From Octopus vulgaris (lineage: Eukaryota): a DNA stretch of 64,000 nucleotides. The DNA is taken from NCBI GenBank assembly GCA_951406725.2, contig OX597842.1:8370001-8434000 (forward strand), given 5' to 3'. Position numbers and translations under genes: made by a program. Positions 27,991 through 40,813 of this stretch are shown here, piece by piece; the first letter of the stretch is position 1; the number at the start of each line of letters is the position of its first letter. The notes beneath the pieces are model-generated. The model was not told the DNA's origin, did no database searches, and saw only the letters and a list, made by a program, of their open reading frames with translations.

Positions 27991-28267
27991 AAGCAATACG
28001 AGTAAATTCGTGATTGCTCAAAGATGAAACGACACAAAACAAATAAACTCGTTTGAGTGCTAATATTAAAAGTTAATTTTGACCGAGTCTGGTTCTAAAA
28101 AGATACATTTGCGATGCACGAGTAAACTTGGGATAATCCATTAAGGGCTTAATACAGACAAGCTCTGCATTATTTTCAGAATTAAAACGAAGTCGGTACA
28201 TTTAAAAAAGAAATATGGTAACAAAAGGGTTAAAGTGATCTAAATTAAAACCTTCCGTCAAAATTTA

Positions 28268-28493
28268 ATTCTTTTATTTCTTTTAATTCTTTTACTTGTT
28301 TCAGTCATTTTGACTGCGGCCATGCTGGAGCACCGCCTTTAATCGAGCAATTCGACCCCGGGACTTATTCTTTTATAAGCCCAGTACTTATTCTATCGGT
28401 CTCTTTTGCCGAACCGCTAAGTAACAGGGACATAAATACACATGCATCGGTTGTCAAGCAATGCTAGGAGGACAAACACAGACACAAACACAC

Positions 28494-28572
<79 letters not shown>

Positions 28573-28726
28573 CGACGGGCTTCTTTCAGTTTCCGTCTAG
28601 CAAATCCACTCACAAGGCTTTGGTCGGCCCGAGGCTATAGTAGAAGAAACTTGCCCAAGATGCCATGCAGTGGGACTGAACCCGGAACCATGTGGTTGGT
28701 AAACAAGCTACCTACCACACAGCCAC
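28268..28726 (-). mobile_element. SINE family A, full length
   Basis: Match. Confidence 0.9.
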
Positions 28727-28800
28727 GGTTTATGTTCCAAACATAAAATCAATAACGACAAGTTTATTTCAATAGATTCCTCATTATTTCCAATATTAGA

Positions 28801-29935
28801 AGGCGGTGAGCTGGCTGAATCGTTAGCACGCCGGGCGACATGCGTAGCCGTATTTCGTCTGCCGTTACGTTCTGAATTCAAATTCCGCCGAGGTCAACTT
28901 TGCCTTTCATCCTTTCGTGGTCGATTAAATAAGTACCAGTTACGCACTGGGGTCGATATAATCGACTTAATCCGTTTGTCTGTCCTTGTTTGTCCCCTCT
29001 GTGTTTAGCCCCTTGTGGGTAGTAAAGAAATAGGTATTTCGTCTGCTGCTACGTTCTGAGTTCAAATTCCGCCAAGATCGACTTTGCCTTTTATCCTTTC
29101 GGGGTCGATGAAATAAGTACGAGTTACGCACTGGGGTCGATATAATCGACTTAATCCGTTTGTCTGTCCTTGTTTGTCCCCTCTGTGTTTAGCCCCTTGT
29201 GGGTAGTAAAGAAATATGTATTTCGTCTGCCGCTACGTTTTGAGTTCAAATTCCGCCAAGATCGACTTTGCCTTTTATACTTTCGTGGTCGATTAAATAA
29301 GTACCAGTTACGCACTGGGGTCAATATAATCGACTTAATCCGTTTGTCTGCCCTTGTTTGTCCACTCTATGTTTAGCCCCTTGTGGGTAATAAAGAAATA
29401 GGTATTTCGTCTGCCGTTACGTTCTGAGTTCAAATTCCGCCGAGGTCGACTTTGCCTTTTATCCTTTCGGGGTCGATAAATTAAGTACCAGTTACGCACT
29501 GGGGTCGATATAATCGACTTAATTCGTTTGTCTGTCCTTGTTTGTCCTCCCTGTGTTTAGGCCCTTGTTGGTGGTAAAGAAATAGAAATAGGTATTTCGT
29601 TTGCCGCTACGTTCTGAGTTCAAATTCCGCCAGGTCGACTTTGCCTTTCATCCTTTCGGGATCGATTAAATAAGTACCAGTTACGCACTGGGGTCGAAAC
29701 AATCGACTTAATCCGTTTGCCTGTCCTTGTTTGTCTCCTCTGTGTTTAGCCCCTTGTGGGTAGTAAAGAAATAGGTATTTCGTCTGCTGCTACGTTCTGA
29801 GATCAAATTCCGCCGAGGTCAACTTTGCCTTTTATCCTTTCGGGGTCGATGAAATAAGTACCAGTTACGCACTGGGATCGATGTAATCGACTAGCCCCCT
29901 TCCTCAAAAATTATCAAGGACTTGTGCCAAGAGTG
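28801..29935 (+). mobile_element. SINE family B with six tandem internal units of about 184 bp
   Basis: One head, then gtatttcgt... restarts near 28850, 29033, 29218, 29402, 29592, 29776. Confidence 0.9.
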
Positions 29936-30240
29936 GAAATAATTATTTCCAAAATTAATCGAAACAGAGGCAGTGTATTTCAACAGTGATATGAGAACAA
30001 AACAGTTAAGCACTTCTAGGAGTCTATGCCAACCAATGTACAGCATTTTATGCTTATTCACTACTTCGGCAACCACAGTGAATTTTAAGGTTACCTGATG
30101 AGGTTATAATAAGGTCGAAATATTCCAGAGTGGTTTCCCCTTCTTGTTGAAATAATTATAACATTGATAGCCAATGGTTAATATTGTGTTTCCTTCTTTC
30201 TCCTTAACATATAACTATTTCTAGGTCGTTTATTAATGTT

Positions 30241-30407
30241 CAGGAGTGGCTGTGTGGTAAGTAGCTTGCTAACCAACCACATGGTTCCGGGTTCAGTCCC
30301 ACTGCGTGGCATCTTGGGCAAGTGTCTTCTGCTATAGCCTCGGGCCGACCAAAGCCTTGTGAGTGGATTTGGTAGACGGAAACTGAAAGAAGCCTGTCGT
30401 ATATATG

Positions 30408-30438
<31 letters not shown>

Positions 30439-30644
30439 ATATGTTTGTGTGTCTGTGTTTGTCCCTCTAGCATTGCTTGACAAGCGATGCTGGTGTGTTT
30501 ATGTCCCCGTCACTTAGCGGATCGGCAAAAGAGACCGATAGAATAAGTACTGGGCTTACAAAGAATAAGTCCCGGGGTCGATTTGCTCGACTGAAGGCGG
30601 TGCTCCAGCATGGCCGCAGTCAAATGACTGAAACAAAAAAAAAT
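30241..30644 (+). mobile_element. SINE family A flanked by a 166-bp direct duplication
   Basis: 30077-30242 equals 30645-30810 (2 mismatches seen). Confidence 0.9.
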
Positions 30645-31059
30645 AGTGAATTTTAAGGTTACCTGATGAGGTTATAATAAGGTCGAAATATTCCAGAGTG
30701 GTTTCCCCTTCTTGTTGAAATAATTAGAACATTGATAGCCAATGGTTAATATTGTATTTCCTTCTTTCTCCTTAACATATAACTATTTCTAGGTCGTTTA
30801 TTAATGTTCACGTTAATGTTTAGCTTATTTATCGATCGATCGATCTATGTACTTCAAGGCTATTTTATTACTGGCTGCATAAAGAATGTTTAAACTAACT
30901 TCTCTGTCTATCGACTGATAGATTGATTCACTCACCTATGTCTTTATTAATCTGCCAATCGATCATATCTATTAATCTATTTGTTTGCCTGTCAACCTAT
31001 TTACCTATCTAGGTGTCAGCTTATCTATCAGTATATACCTCTACATATTAGTCTATCTG

Positions 31060-31128
<69 letters not shown>

Positions 31129-31139
31129 TTATTTATCTA

Positions 31140-31375
31140 TTTTATTTCCTTATTGCCGACAAGGGGCTAAACATAGAGGGAACAAACAAGGCCAGACAAA
31201 GCGGTTAAGTCGATTACATCGACCTCAGTGCGTAACTGGTACTTAATTTATCGACCTCGAAAGGATGAAAGGCAAAGTCGACCTCGGCGGAATTTGAACT
31301 CAGAACGTAACGGTAGACGAAATATCGCTAAGCATTTCGCCCAGCGTGCTAACGATTCTGCCAGCTCGCCGCCTT
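31140..31375 (-). mobile_element. SINE family B monomer within (ATCT)n
   Basis: Reverse-complement match. Confidence 0.85.
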
Positions 31376-31445
31376 ACTATCTGTCTATCTATCCATCTAT
31401 CTATCTATCTATCTATCTACCTATCTATATCTATCTATCTATCTT

Positions 31446-31542
<97 letters not shown>

Positions 31543-31563
31543 TTACCTATCTACGTATGTATG

Positions 31564-32053
31564 TCATTTTTCAGTTTTATTTCAAGATTTCTTGTCAATA
31601 GAGAAAGAACCGGTTTCTAACCTAGATCCAAGACTCCTTCAACGGTTTTTTTTATTTGTATGTATGTATGTATGTATATGTGCAGATTTGTATGTTTTGT
31701 TTTATTTATGTATTCTCATGCATATAGTTGCATATCTAGACATGCTCATATATATTTCAATAACAAACTTCTGGAAAGTTTTACAGATTTTTACAGTTCC
31801 AGTGATAAATTCGGATCTGTAGTTTTCGAATTAGCTTTCTCCTTTCTGGTTTTGAGAAGCCTAATTCTCAAGACTGTTATTTAAGCAGTGTATTACATAT
31901 CCCAGGGCCCCCAAAATTACAGGTATAAACTTTAACTTGTAATCTGGTTAGAGTAACTGCAAATTTTCTCAATAGTTCAGCGTAGGTATTCTCTTTTTCA
32001 CTGATCTTCAACTCTATGTTAACATCCACTGGGCAGCTAATTTCGACAACTGT
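31564..32053 (-). mobile_element. R4/Dong-like LINE 3' fragment (restriction-like endonuclease domain)
   Basis: [53 protein letters not shown] with frameshifts; second copy about 38560-39035. Confidence 0.75.
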
Positions 32054-32085
32054 ATGTATGTATGTATGTATGTATGTATGTATGT

Positions 32086-32251
<166 letters not shown>

Positions 32252-32665
32252 CCCGACATAATAACTATATCTACCAACCGTTTAAGAGTCGTAGTATTAA
32301 ATATATTTACACTACCGTGTCTGAATACTTATATGCGTCTGTACACGCGTGTGTGTATGCGTGTGTGTGTTTGTGTGTGTGTGTGTTTGTGTGCGTGTGT
32401 ATGTGTGTGTGTTCATGCGTGTATGTACGTATACGTTCTTATCTATCTATCATTCTATCGTATAGTCTCTCGCCCTCAACACACATTTCATATATCGTCT
32501 GCTTGTCTACCATTTAAGATTGCTTGTATTAAATATATTTATGCCACCATAACTTAAATGTGTGAGTGTCTACGTATACGTGTCTATACTTGTATGTGTG
32601 TTTATATGTACGTGTATGTGTATGTATGTATTTATATCTGCCTATCTCTCTCTCTCTCTCTCACA

Positions 32666-32735
<70 letters not shown>

Positions 32736-33357
32736 TACTCTCTCTCTCTCTCTCTCGCTCCCCACACATTCATATCTCGTCTGCTTGCCTTGCCTTCCAT
32801 TCCCGCCCGTTTATTAAACATCTCAGCACTAAATTTAACCACGAAAAAAAGCTCCCCAAAAAACACCGACTAAACTATACAACAAATAAGAAATCGAGAT
32901 GGTTTCTGTTATGCAACAACACATTTTCTGAGCTTCCTCCATTTTTTCCTTCATAATACCTGGTTAGACCCAACGGTGGGGAGCGGCACGGATGTCATAA
33001 CATAATGTTGTTTTCTAAACCCCCTCCCAGCAAAACGATTAAAAAATCTTGAAGAATTTGCAGGAAGCAAGTATTTAGAAAAACATCTTTTATAGTAAAA
33101 TGAGAGGCGAATTGTGTTGCGTTGCAGTTGTTGCGGCTGCTGCTGCTGTTTTTTTTGTTGATGTTTGTATTGTTATTATAATTTTTTTTACACAAAACAT
33201 TAAAAAAGTACACACACACACACACACAAAACACACACGCGGAGATACATAACACATAAAATTAAAAAGAATTGTAAGGATATATATCATGATATGAAAT
33301 CTCCCATGGTTTAACGTTATATAATTTCAAATATGGCGTTGAAGATTTTATGAGTTA

Positions 33358-33744
33358 CTAGCAGTATCGCCCGGCGTTGCTCGGGTTTGTAAGGGAAATA
33401 ACTATATAAGCATTTTTAGAGAGTTATAGCCAAAAAATAGCAAAAAATGCATTAAAAATGGAAAAAATATGATGGTAAATTTTTTTAAATCGTTGACTCA
33501 TCGTAGACATTTTTAGAGAGTTACTTCCCTTATATTAAAAAAATATGCATTAAAATGGAAACAAATGATGGTAAATTATTTTTAAAATCGTAGACTCATC
33601 GTAGACGCGCGCTAAAACCCAGAAGGGCTCGATATGAATCACGACTATAAGATACCCGGTTTTGGTTAAACTGCACCGCAAAATGTGGGAGTAGTTAGGA
33701 ATCTAAATCGTAGGAGACAGACACACAACCTTACTTTTATATAT
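33358..33744 (-). mobile_element. Non-autonomous Helitron, 5' end clipped
   Basis: CTAG/hairpin end at 33358; lacks terminal TC; flanked by a duplication of about 73 bp. Confidence 0.85.
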
Positions 33745-33944
33745 CATGATATGAAATCTCCCATGGTTTAATGTTATATAATTTCAAATATGGCGTTGAA
33801 GATTTTATGAGTTATATAATTATTCCCAAGACCCTCTTCGACTTACTGCAAAACGCACAGACTGCGTACATATTATTACAACAGATCATTTCGAAGGCGA
33901 GAATGTGTACGTCGCCAGTCACTAACCAAATGGACTAGGGAATA

Positions 33945-34341
33945 TCTTTATATATAAAAGTGAAGTTGTGTGTTTGTCTCCTACGATTTAGATTCCTAAC
34001 TACTCCCACATTTTGCAGTGCAGTTTAACCAAAACCGGGTATCTTATAGTCGTGATTCATATCGAGCCCTTCTGGGTATTAGCGCGCGTCTACGATGAGT
34101 CTACGATTTTAAAAATAATTTACCATCATTTTTTTCCATTTTAATGCATTTTTTCGCTATTATATAAGGGAAGTAACTCTCTAAAAATGTCTACGATGAG
34201 TCAACGATTTAAAAAAAAATTTACCATCATTTTTTTTCCATTTTTAATGCATTTTTTGCTATTTTTTGGCTATAACTCTCTAAAAATGCTTATATAGTTA
34301 TTTCCCTTACAAACCCGAGCAACGCCGGGCGATACTGCTAG
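33945..34341 (+). mobile_element. Non-autonomous Helitron
   Basis: A|TC...CCCGAGCAACGCCGGG...CTAG|T. Confidence 0.9.
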
Positions 34342-35110
34342 TTCTTATTAATCCTAATCGAAAATAAAGAATTGATGAGGAAATAGGAAAAATTATTAAA
34401 ATATTAAAGGTCAAATCAAATTTGAATAAGGTTTTTTTTTTAATATTTAGTTTGTATTTGTTTCAGTCATTAGACTCTGGCCATACTGGGGCACCACCTG
34501 AAAAGGTTTAATCGAAAAATTGCTCGCAGTACTTGTTTTTTTAAATTTTTAGTCTAGTACTTATTCAATAGGTGTATTTTGTCAAACCGCTAAGTTACAG
34601 TGAGTGATGTAAACAAAGTAACAGCGGTTGTCAAGCGGTAGTGGGGAGAAACATTTACACAAAAGCACACACATACTCTCACACACGCACACACGTACAC
34701 ACACACACACACAAACATAAACACACACACACCCACAAACATAAACACACACACACCCGAAACAACGAGCTTCTGAAACACACAGCCATGCCTACGTCCA
34801 TCTTTTAAATATAACATGTTTGAAACAAAGTGTTGTACCTTATTTACTCAAACGTACATGTGTGTGTGTGCGTGTGTGTTCATAAAAGGGTTGGTTCATA
34901 TCTATCTATGACTTCCATGGACTATGGATATATAAGGGCATACAATAAGATATTGTATTATTTTTACCGAAATACCGAGAGAATGTGTCACCAACTCATT
35001 GAAATACATGAATATCAAAGCATAAAATCACATTATCTTACATGTGTATCGGTGAAGATAATGATCAACCGGATAATGCAATCCAAGCCTGATAAGTTTT
35101 CTGGCTTAGA

Positions 35111-35198
35111 ACCTCTGATGAAGTGTTGACCTAAAAATACTTACCTGGCCCGGATTGCATAACACAGCTCTTTATCTTCACCGAAACACGTGTAAGAT
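35111..35198 (+). ncRNA. Type I hammerhead-like motif with long stem II insert
   Basis: CTGATGA-agtg...cacc-GAAA-cacgtg-ta; palindromic helix III ACACGTGT. Confidence 0.45.
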
Positions 35199-35297
35199 GA
35201 CGCAGTTACTACTTCACGAACCCACTCAACAGAGTTTCTTTTCCCTTACGTATTCTGTGATCCACAAGTATATAACTATTATTAGTAGCAGCAGTTA

Positions 35298-35430
35298 AGG
35301 CAGCGTATGGCAGAATCGTTAGCACGCCGGGTAAAATGCTAAACGACATTTCATTCGTCTTTACGTTTTGAGTTCAAAGTCCGCCGAGGTCCTATTTGCC
35401 TTTCATCCTTTCGTGGTCGATAAAATAAGC
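35298..35430 (+). mobile_element. SINE family B, diverged 5' part
   Basis: Head and core match. Confidence 0.75.
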
Positions 35431-35444
35431 ATCCGAATAGTAGC

Positions 35445-36350
35445 AAACCACTGGTCTGTCCTCTTTATTCAAAGCCACCTACAAGCCTTCTCTACAGCTT
35501 CAGTGACAGAATTTATAGCCTCCTCCCCATCTCTTTGCTGCGCCAATAACTCTAAGCCCATTACTCTTTTTACTCTCTTTTACTTGTTTCAGTCATTTGA
35601 CTGCGGCCATGCTGGAGCACCGCCTTTAGTCGAGCAAATCGATCCCGGGACTTATTCTTTGTAAGCCCAGTACTTATTCTATCGGTCTCTTTTGCCGAAC
35701 CGCTAACTGACGGGGACGTAAACACACCAGCATCGGCTGTCAAGCAATGCTAGGGGACAAACACAGACACACAAACACATACATATATATACATATACAT
35801 ATATACGACAGGCTTCTTTCAGTTTCCATCTACCAAATCCACTCACAAGGCATTGGTCGGCCCGGGGCTATAGCAGAAGACACTTGACCAAGATGCCACG
35901 CAGTGGGACTGAACCCGGAACCATGTGGCTGGTTAGCAAGCTACTTACCACACAGTCACTCCTGCGCATGTCACAACAAAACCTCGATAGCCCACTTCTG
36001 TTTACTCACAACGTTCCTGCTGGCGCCAATTCCTACACAGTTCTACCAACTCCTGTCATTTGGCAAGCTTCTTCTCATGAGCTTCTATGCTTCCTCGATG
36101 GACAAAGATAGTTCCCAAATGATCGCCTGGTCGGTGGGATTTGATTTAAGACACATCTTGCAGATGTTAAAAGACTGCACAATAGCAGTTCAAGCTATGC
36201 AACATATGTTTCAGTCGCAAGGAATTTTTATTGATTATGCAAGTACAACGTCATAAAAATGCCTACTACGTTTCATAATATCCAGTCACATGCTGGAAGC
36301 TGCGCAACTAAGAACCACGGTCAATGTGTTCCCCAAAACCAACCAATTAA
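35445..36350 (-). mobile_element. Degraded Hero (R2-Hero)-like LINE 3' fragment split by a SINE
   Basis: EAHEKKLAK.QELVELCR..EVGYRGFV (35970-36130) continues as IGAAKR..AINSVTEAVEKACRWL*IKR (35450-35560). Confidence 0.7.
35562..35968 (-). mobile_element. SINE family A, full length
   Basis: Match. Confidence 0.9.
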
Positions 36351-36369
36351 TCCATACATACACACACGC

Positions 36370-36628
36370 CTGACTCATTAGGGCCGGTTTCCCGGTTTCC
36401 TTGGCGTATATGTTCCCCACCTGGACGGAACGCCGGTCCGTCGCAGGTGAGCTGCAAGATGCAGGAGGAAAGAGTGAGAGAAAGTTGTGGCGAAAGAGTC
36501 AGCAGAAGTTCACCATTACCTTCTGCCGGAGCCGCTCATAAACACACACATCGCCCGGTCTGAGATTCGAACCTGCAATCCCTCGACCGTGAGCCCGCTG
36601 CTCTAACCACTAGGCTATGTGCCTCCAC
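36370..36628 (-). mobile_element. SINE family C-related element
   Basis: tRNA-like head (TAGCCTAGTGG...GGTTCGAATC) and similarity to 57462-57845. Confidence 0.7.
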
Positions 36629-36652
36629 CATGTATGCATGTATGTATGTGTG

Positions 36653-36710
<58 letters not shown>

Positions 36711-36753
36711 TATATCCATCCATCCATCAACCCATCCATCCATCCATCCATCC

Positions 36754-36831
<78 letters not shown>

Positions 36832-37620
36832 GACTTCCATGGACTATGGATATATAAGGGCATACGATATGATATTGCATTTGTTTTACCGAAATACCGA
36901 GAGAATGTGCCACCGACTAATTGAAATACATGAATATTAAAGCATAAAAATAACAATGTTTTCTGCTTTTCTTTCATATTATATATATAACACATAAATA
37001 TACATACACACACACACACATATACACACACACATATATATATATATATATACATACATACATATATATATATATATACATGCATACACACATATATACA
37101 TATACATATACCTAAACATATATATCATAAATATATATGTGTGTCTACATATATATTATAAATGGATATTTATGTATATGTTTGTGTGCGAGTGTGTGCG
37201 AGTACGTGTGTGGGTGTGGGTGTGTATTTCACAGTTAAGTTCACGCAAAGGTGGAGAGACGCTCCCTGTGGTATTTAGCTACAGAGAACAACATCTCCCG
37301 AGACACTAAATGAGCGAAAAACCACATCACTGAAATTACACCGAAACACAGGTGTCGGAGGGTCTTCTGACGTCATTTGGCGCTCGTTGTGTTTCTAACG
37401 CACGACATCTCTTAGAGGGTGTGGTCGTTCGGGACTAAATGCCACAATGAACGTATGTGTATTCATAAACGTTTTTATAAATGGTGTCGGCAATGTTATT
37501 TTAATAACTGCTAATGCAGGTGTTTGTAATGATATGTATGTGTGTATATATGTATGTATGCATCAATGTATGTATGTATGTATGTATGTATGTATGTATG
37601 TATGTTTATGTGTATGTATG

Positions 37621-37654
<34 letters not shown>

Positions 37655-38149
37655 TGTATGTATGTATGTATGTATGTATGTATGTACGTATGTATGCATG
37701 TTTAATTATTTTATTTATATAAATATAACATTTTATATTTATTTACAAGAAGAAAGATAACTTAGCCGTGAAGAAAAACGACTTTAAATTCCTTAGCTAA
37801 TTTCTTTTTCTATCTAATACGTCAACCAACAAATCAAAATAGATTTGTGATTAACGTAGACATGGCATAAAAATTTACCGATGTCTCCAAAAGAGTGAGT
37901 GTCGTGGAGTTGAATGACTACCGAACGAACAATAAAGTATCTCCCCAAATCCAGGGTTTTTATAACTGCTCAACCTGATCAAAAAGAATCGAAATTCAGG
38001 ACAAACATTCTTTTCGAAACTTCTAGAATCTTTATACGAGCAGTTACACTAACCAATGGGAAAAGAACGAAAATGACAATTCCTCGGCAAAGACATTACG
38101 TCATATTGCCAATTCGCGCCACATTTCAAAATGGCTAAAATGGCTATTG

Positions 38150-38560
38150 CTACACATGCATGCATGTATGTATGTATGTATGTATGCACGTATGTATGTA
38201 TGTATGTATGTATGTATGTATGTATGTATGTATGTATGTATGCATGTATGTATGTATATATGTATGTATGTATGAATATGTTATGTATGTATATGTGTAT
38301 GTATGTATGAATGTATGTATGTATGTATGCATGTATGTATGAATGAATGTGTTATGTATGTATATGTGTATGTATGTATGTATGTATGTATGTATGTATG
38401 TATGTATGTATGTATGCACGTATGTATGTATGTATATATGTATGTATGTACGTACGTATGTATGTATGTTTGTATGTATGTATGTATGCATGTATATATG
38501 TATATATGTATGTACGTACGTACGTACGTACGTACGTACGTATGTATGTATGTATGTAAG
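38150..38560. repeat. (ATGT)n array
   Basis: Direct reading. Confidence 0.95.
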
Positions 38561-38639
38561 TATGCATTTATGTGCAGACTTGTGTGTTTTATGTATTCTC
38601 ATGCATATAGTTACATATCTAGGCATGCTCATATATAAA

Positions 38640-38900
38640 TAATAAAATAAATGCGCCCTTTTAAAGCCTAGCCAGGCTCATGGTCCTGATTTCCCGGTTT
38701 CTATGGCTTATGTGTTCCCCAGCTGGCCGGATCCCAGTCCATCGCAGCGTTACTCATTTTTGCCAGCTGAGTGGACTGGAGAAACGTGAAAATGAAGTAT
38801 TTTGCTCAAGAACACAACGCGTCGCCCGGTCCAGGAATCGAAACCAAAATCTTACGATCATGGTGCTGACACCCTAACCACTAAGCCACGCACCTCCACA
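38640..38900 (-). mobile_element. SINE family C-related element inserted in the R4/Dong-like copy
   Basis: tRNA head plus V-like core; catgctcatata duplicated on both sides (about 38623 and 38899). Confidence 0.75.
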
Positions 38901-39299
38901 TGCTCATATATACTTAAATGATAAAGTTCTGGAAAGTTTTACAGATTTTTTACAGTTCCAATGATGGACTGAATCTGTTGTCTTTGAAATAGCTTTCCCC
39001 TTTCTGGTTTTGAGAATCTTAATTTCTCAAGATTGGTACAAGGTATTAATCGGCCCAAATAACCAGTATTTAGAACTCCATATCCATTCTTATATAAGCA
39101 AAAGGAAAACCACCATGATGGCTTGCTTTGTAGTCCGAGTTACCTCTCGTTGCTCTCCAGACTAAGGCAGATCGCGGAGTATATATATATAAAAAAAAGA
39201 TACAATACCGGGGTTTGTTTCATAAAGTTTTTAGTTACGTCATCGTCATCTAAGTATTTGATGAATGAAGTCGACATTTTTATTTTTTCCCCTTCCGTT

Positions 39300-39339
<40 letters not shown>

Positions 39340-39577
39340 TTCCCTGTCTCCCTCTGACACTGGCATACAAATACACACACACACGTGTATATATATACAA
39401 AATTTAAAGGACTTCGTGGAAAACAGTGATTTTGACGTCTATATCTAGCATATTGGCTATCCACTTTTAGTGGTCAGTCCTTTAAATTTTGTATGTAAAA
39501 ATATTTTAATCTTCAGATTTCTTTAATATGCTAGGCCACTGGTTTTAATTGATTAATATCAATTTCTACCCTTATTC

Positions 39578-39622
<45 letters not shown>

Positions 39623-39647
39623 AATGATATATATATATATGATAATG

Positions 39648-39678
<31 letters not shown>

Positions 39679-39925
39679 TCTATATATATATATATATATA
39701 TATACTTATATACATATATACTTATATACATATACTTATATACTAATACGCACACATATATACACACATATATACATAAGTACACACACACACGCATATA
39801 TTATATATGTATGTATCTATATATATATAAATGCATCTATATATATATGTATATATGTATGTGTATGTATGTTTCTGTGTATACGTGTACACACACACAT
39901 ATATATATGTGTATGTGTGTGTAAG

Positions 39926-39962
<37 letters not shown>

Positions 39963-40351
39963 ATACATCAGTGTTTCCTTTATTCTCCATTACTCCACTT
40001 CCTCGTACACATCCTGATTTCATCGCTCTTCACACACCTATTTGCTAAGAAAAGAATGTAGTCTTGTCTATACAGTGCTAATTATTAAATAACAATTAAC
40101 AGCTTTATATTAATTAAATGCTAATCAACTTCCTTTAAAACCCACCATTAAGGAAAATGCATCGAGCATTATGTGAAGAATCGTAAAGGAATCTTTTTTT
40201 CAACCTAAAAGCAATTTCTTCACTGGAAGCCCCTAAAATATCCCTCTACGACTCTGAAGTTGACCCCATCACCAGAGGAAGGGGGGGAGATTTCCTCCAA
40301 GATTACTAATTACTAATTTAGATTAAATCAGTAATTATTTTGTTCTTCAGT

Positions 40352-40650
40352 GCTGAAGTGGCTTTGTGGTAAGAAACTTGCTTCGCAGCCACATGGTTCT
40401 GGGTTCAGTCCCACTGCGTGGCACCTTGGGCAAGTGTTTTCTACTATAACCTCGGGCTCACCGAAGCTTTGTGAGTGGATTTGGTAGACGAAAACTGAAA
40501 GAAGCCTGTCCAGCCGAAATCGCGAGGATGATCCGGTTCTTGACTGAAGATTGAAGGCTTCGAATGTCCCGTCCGTGTTTTTTGTACCGTCTTCTAAATG
40601 TTTTACGTTCTTGTCTCAGTTTGTATTTTTACATATACATATACATATAC

Positions 40651-40733
<83 letters not shown>

Positions 40734-40742
40734 CATACATAC

Positions 40743-40813
<71 letters not shown>

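Larger units (their letters stand above)
26937..28148 (-). mobile_element. Internally deleted piggyBac transposon
   Basis: TTAA at 26933-26936 and 28149-28152; TIRs ccccttaatggat / atccattaagggc; transposase C-terminal remnant inside. Confidence 0.9.

Noticed and set aside
32958-33015. Possible minus-strand exon ending CAG|gtatta
   Set aside because: Stop in the phase-1 frame; could only be non-coding and is unsupported
35137-35149. ATACTTACCTGGC, matching the U1 snRNA 5' end or a perfect minus-strand donor
   Set aside because: Downstream sequence is not U1 and no supported exon lies upstream; it sits within a repeat-like inverted structure
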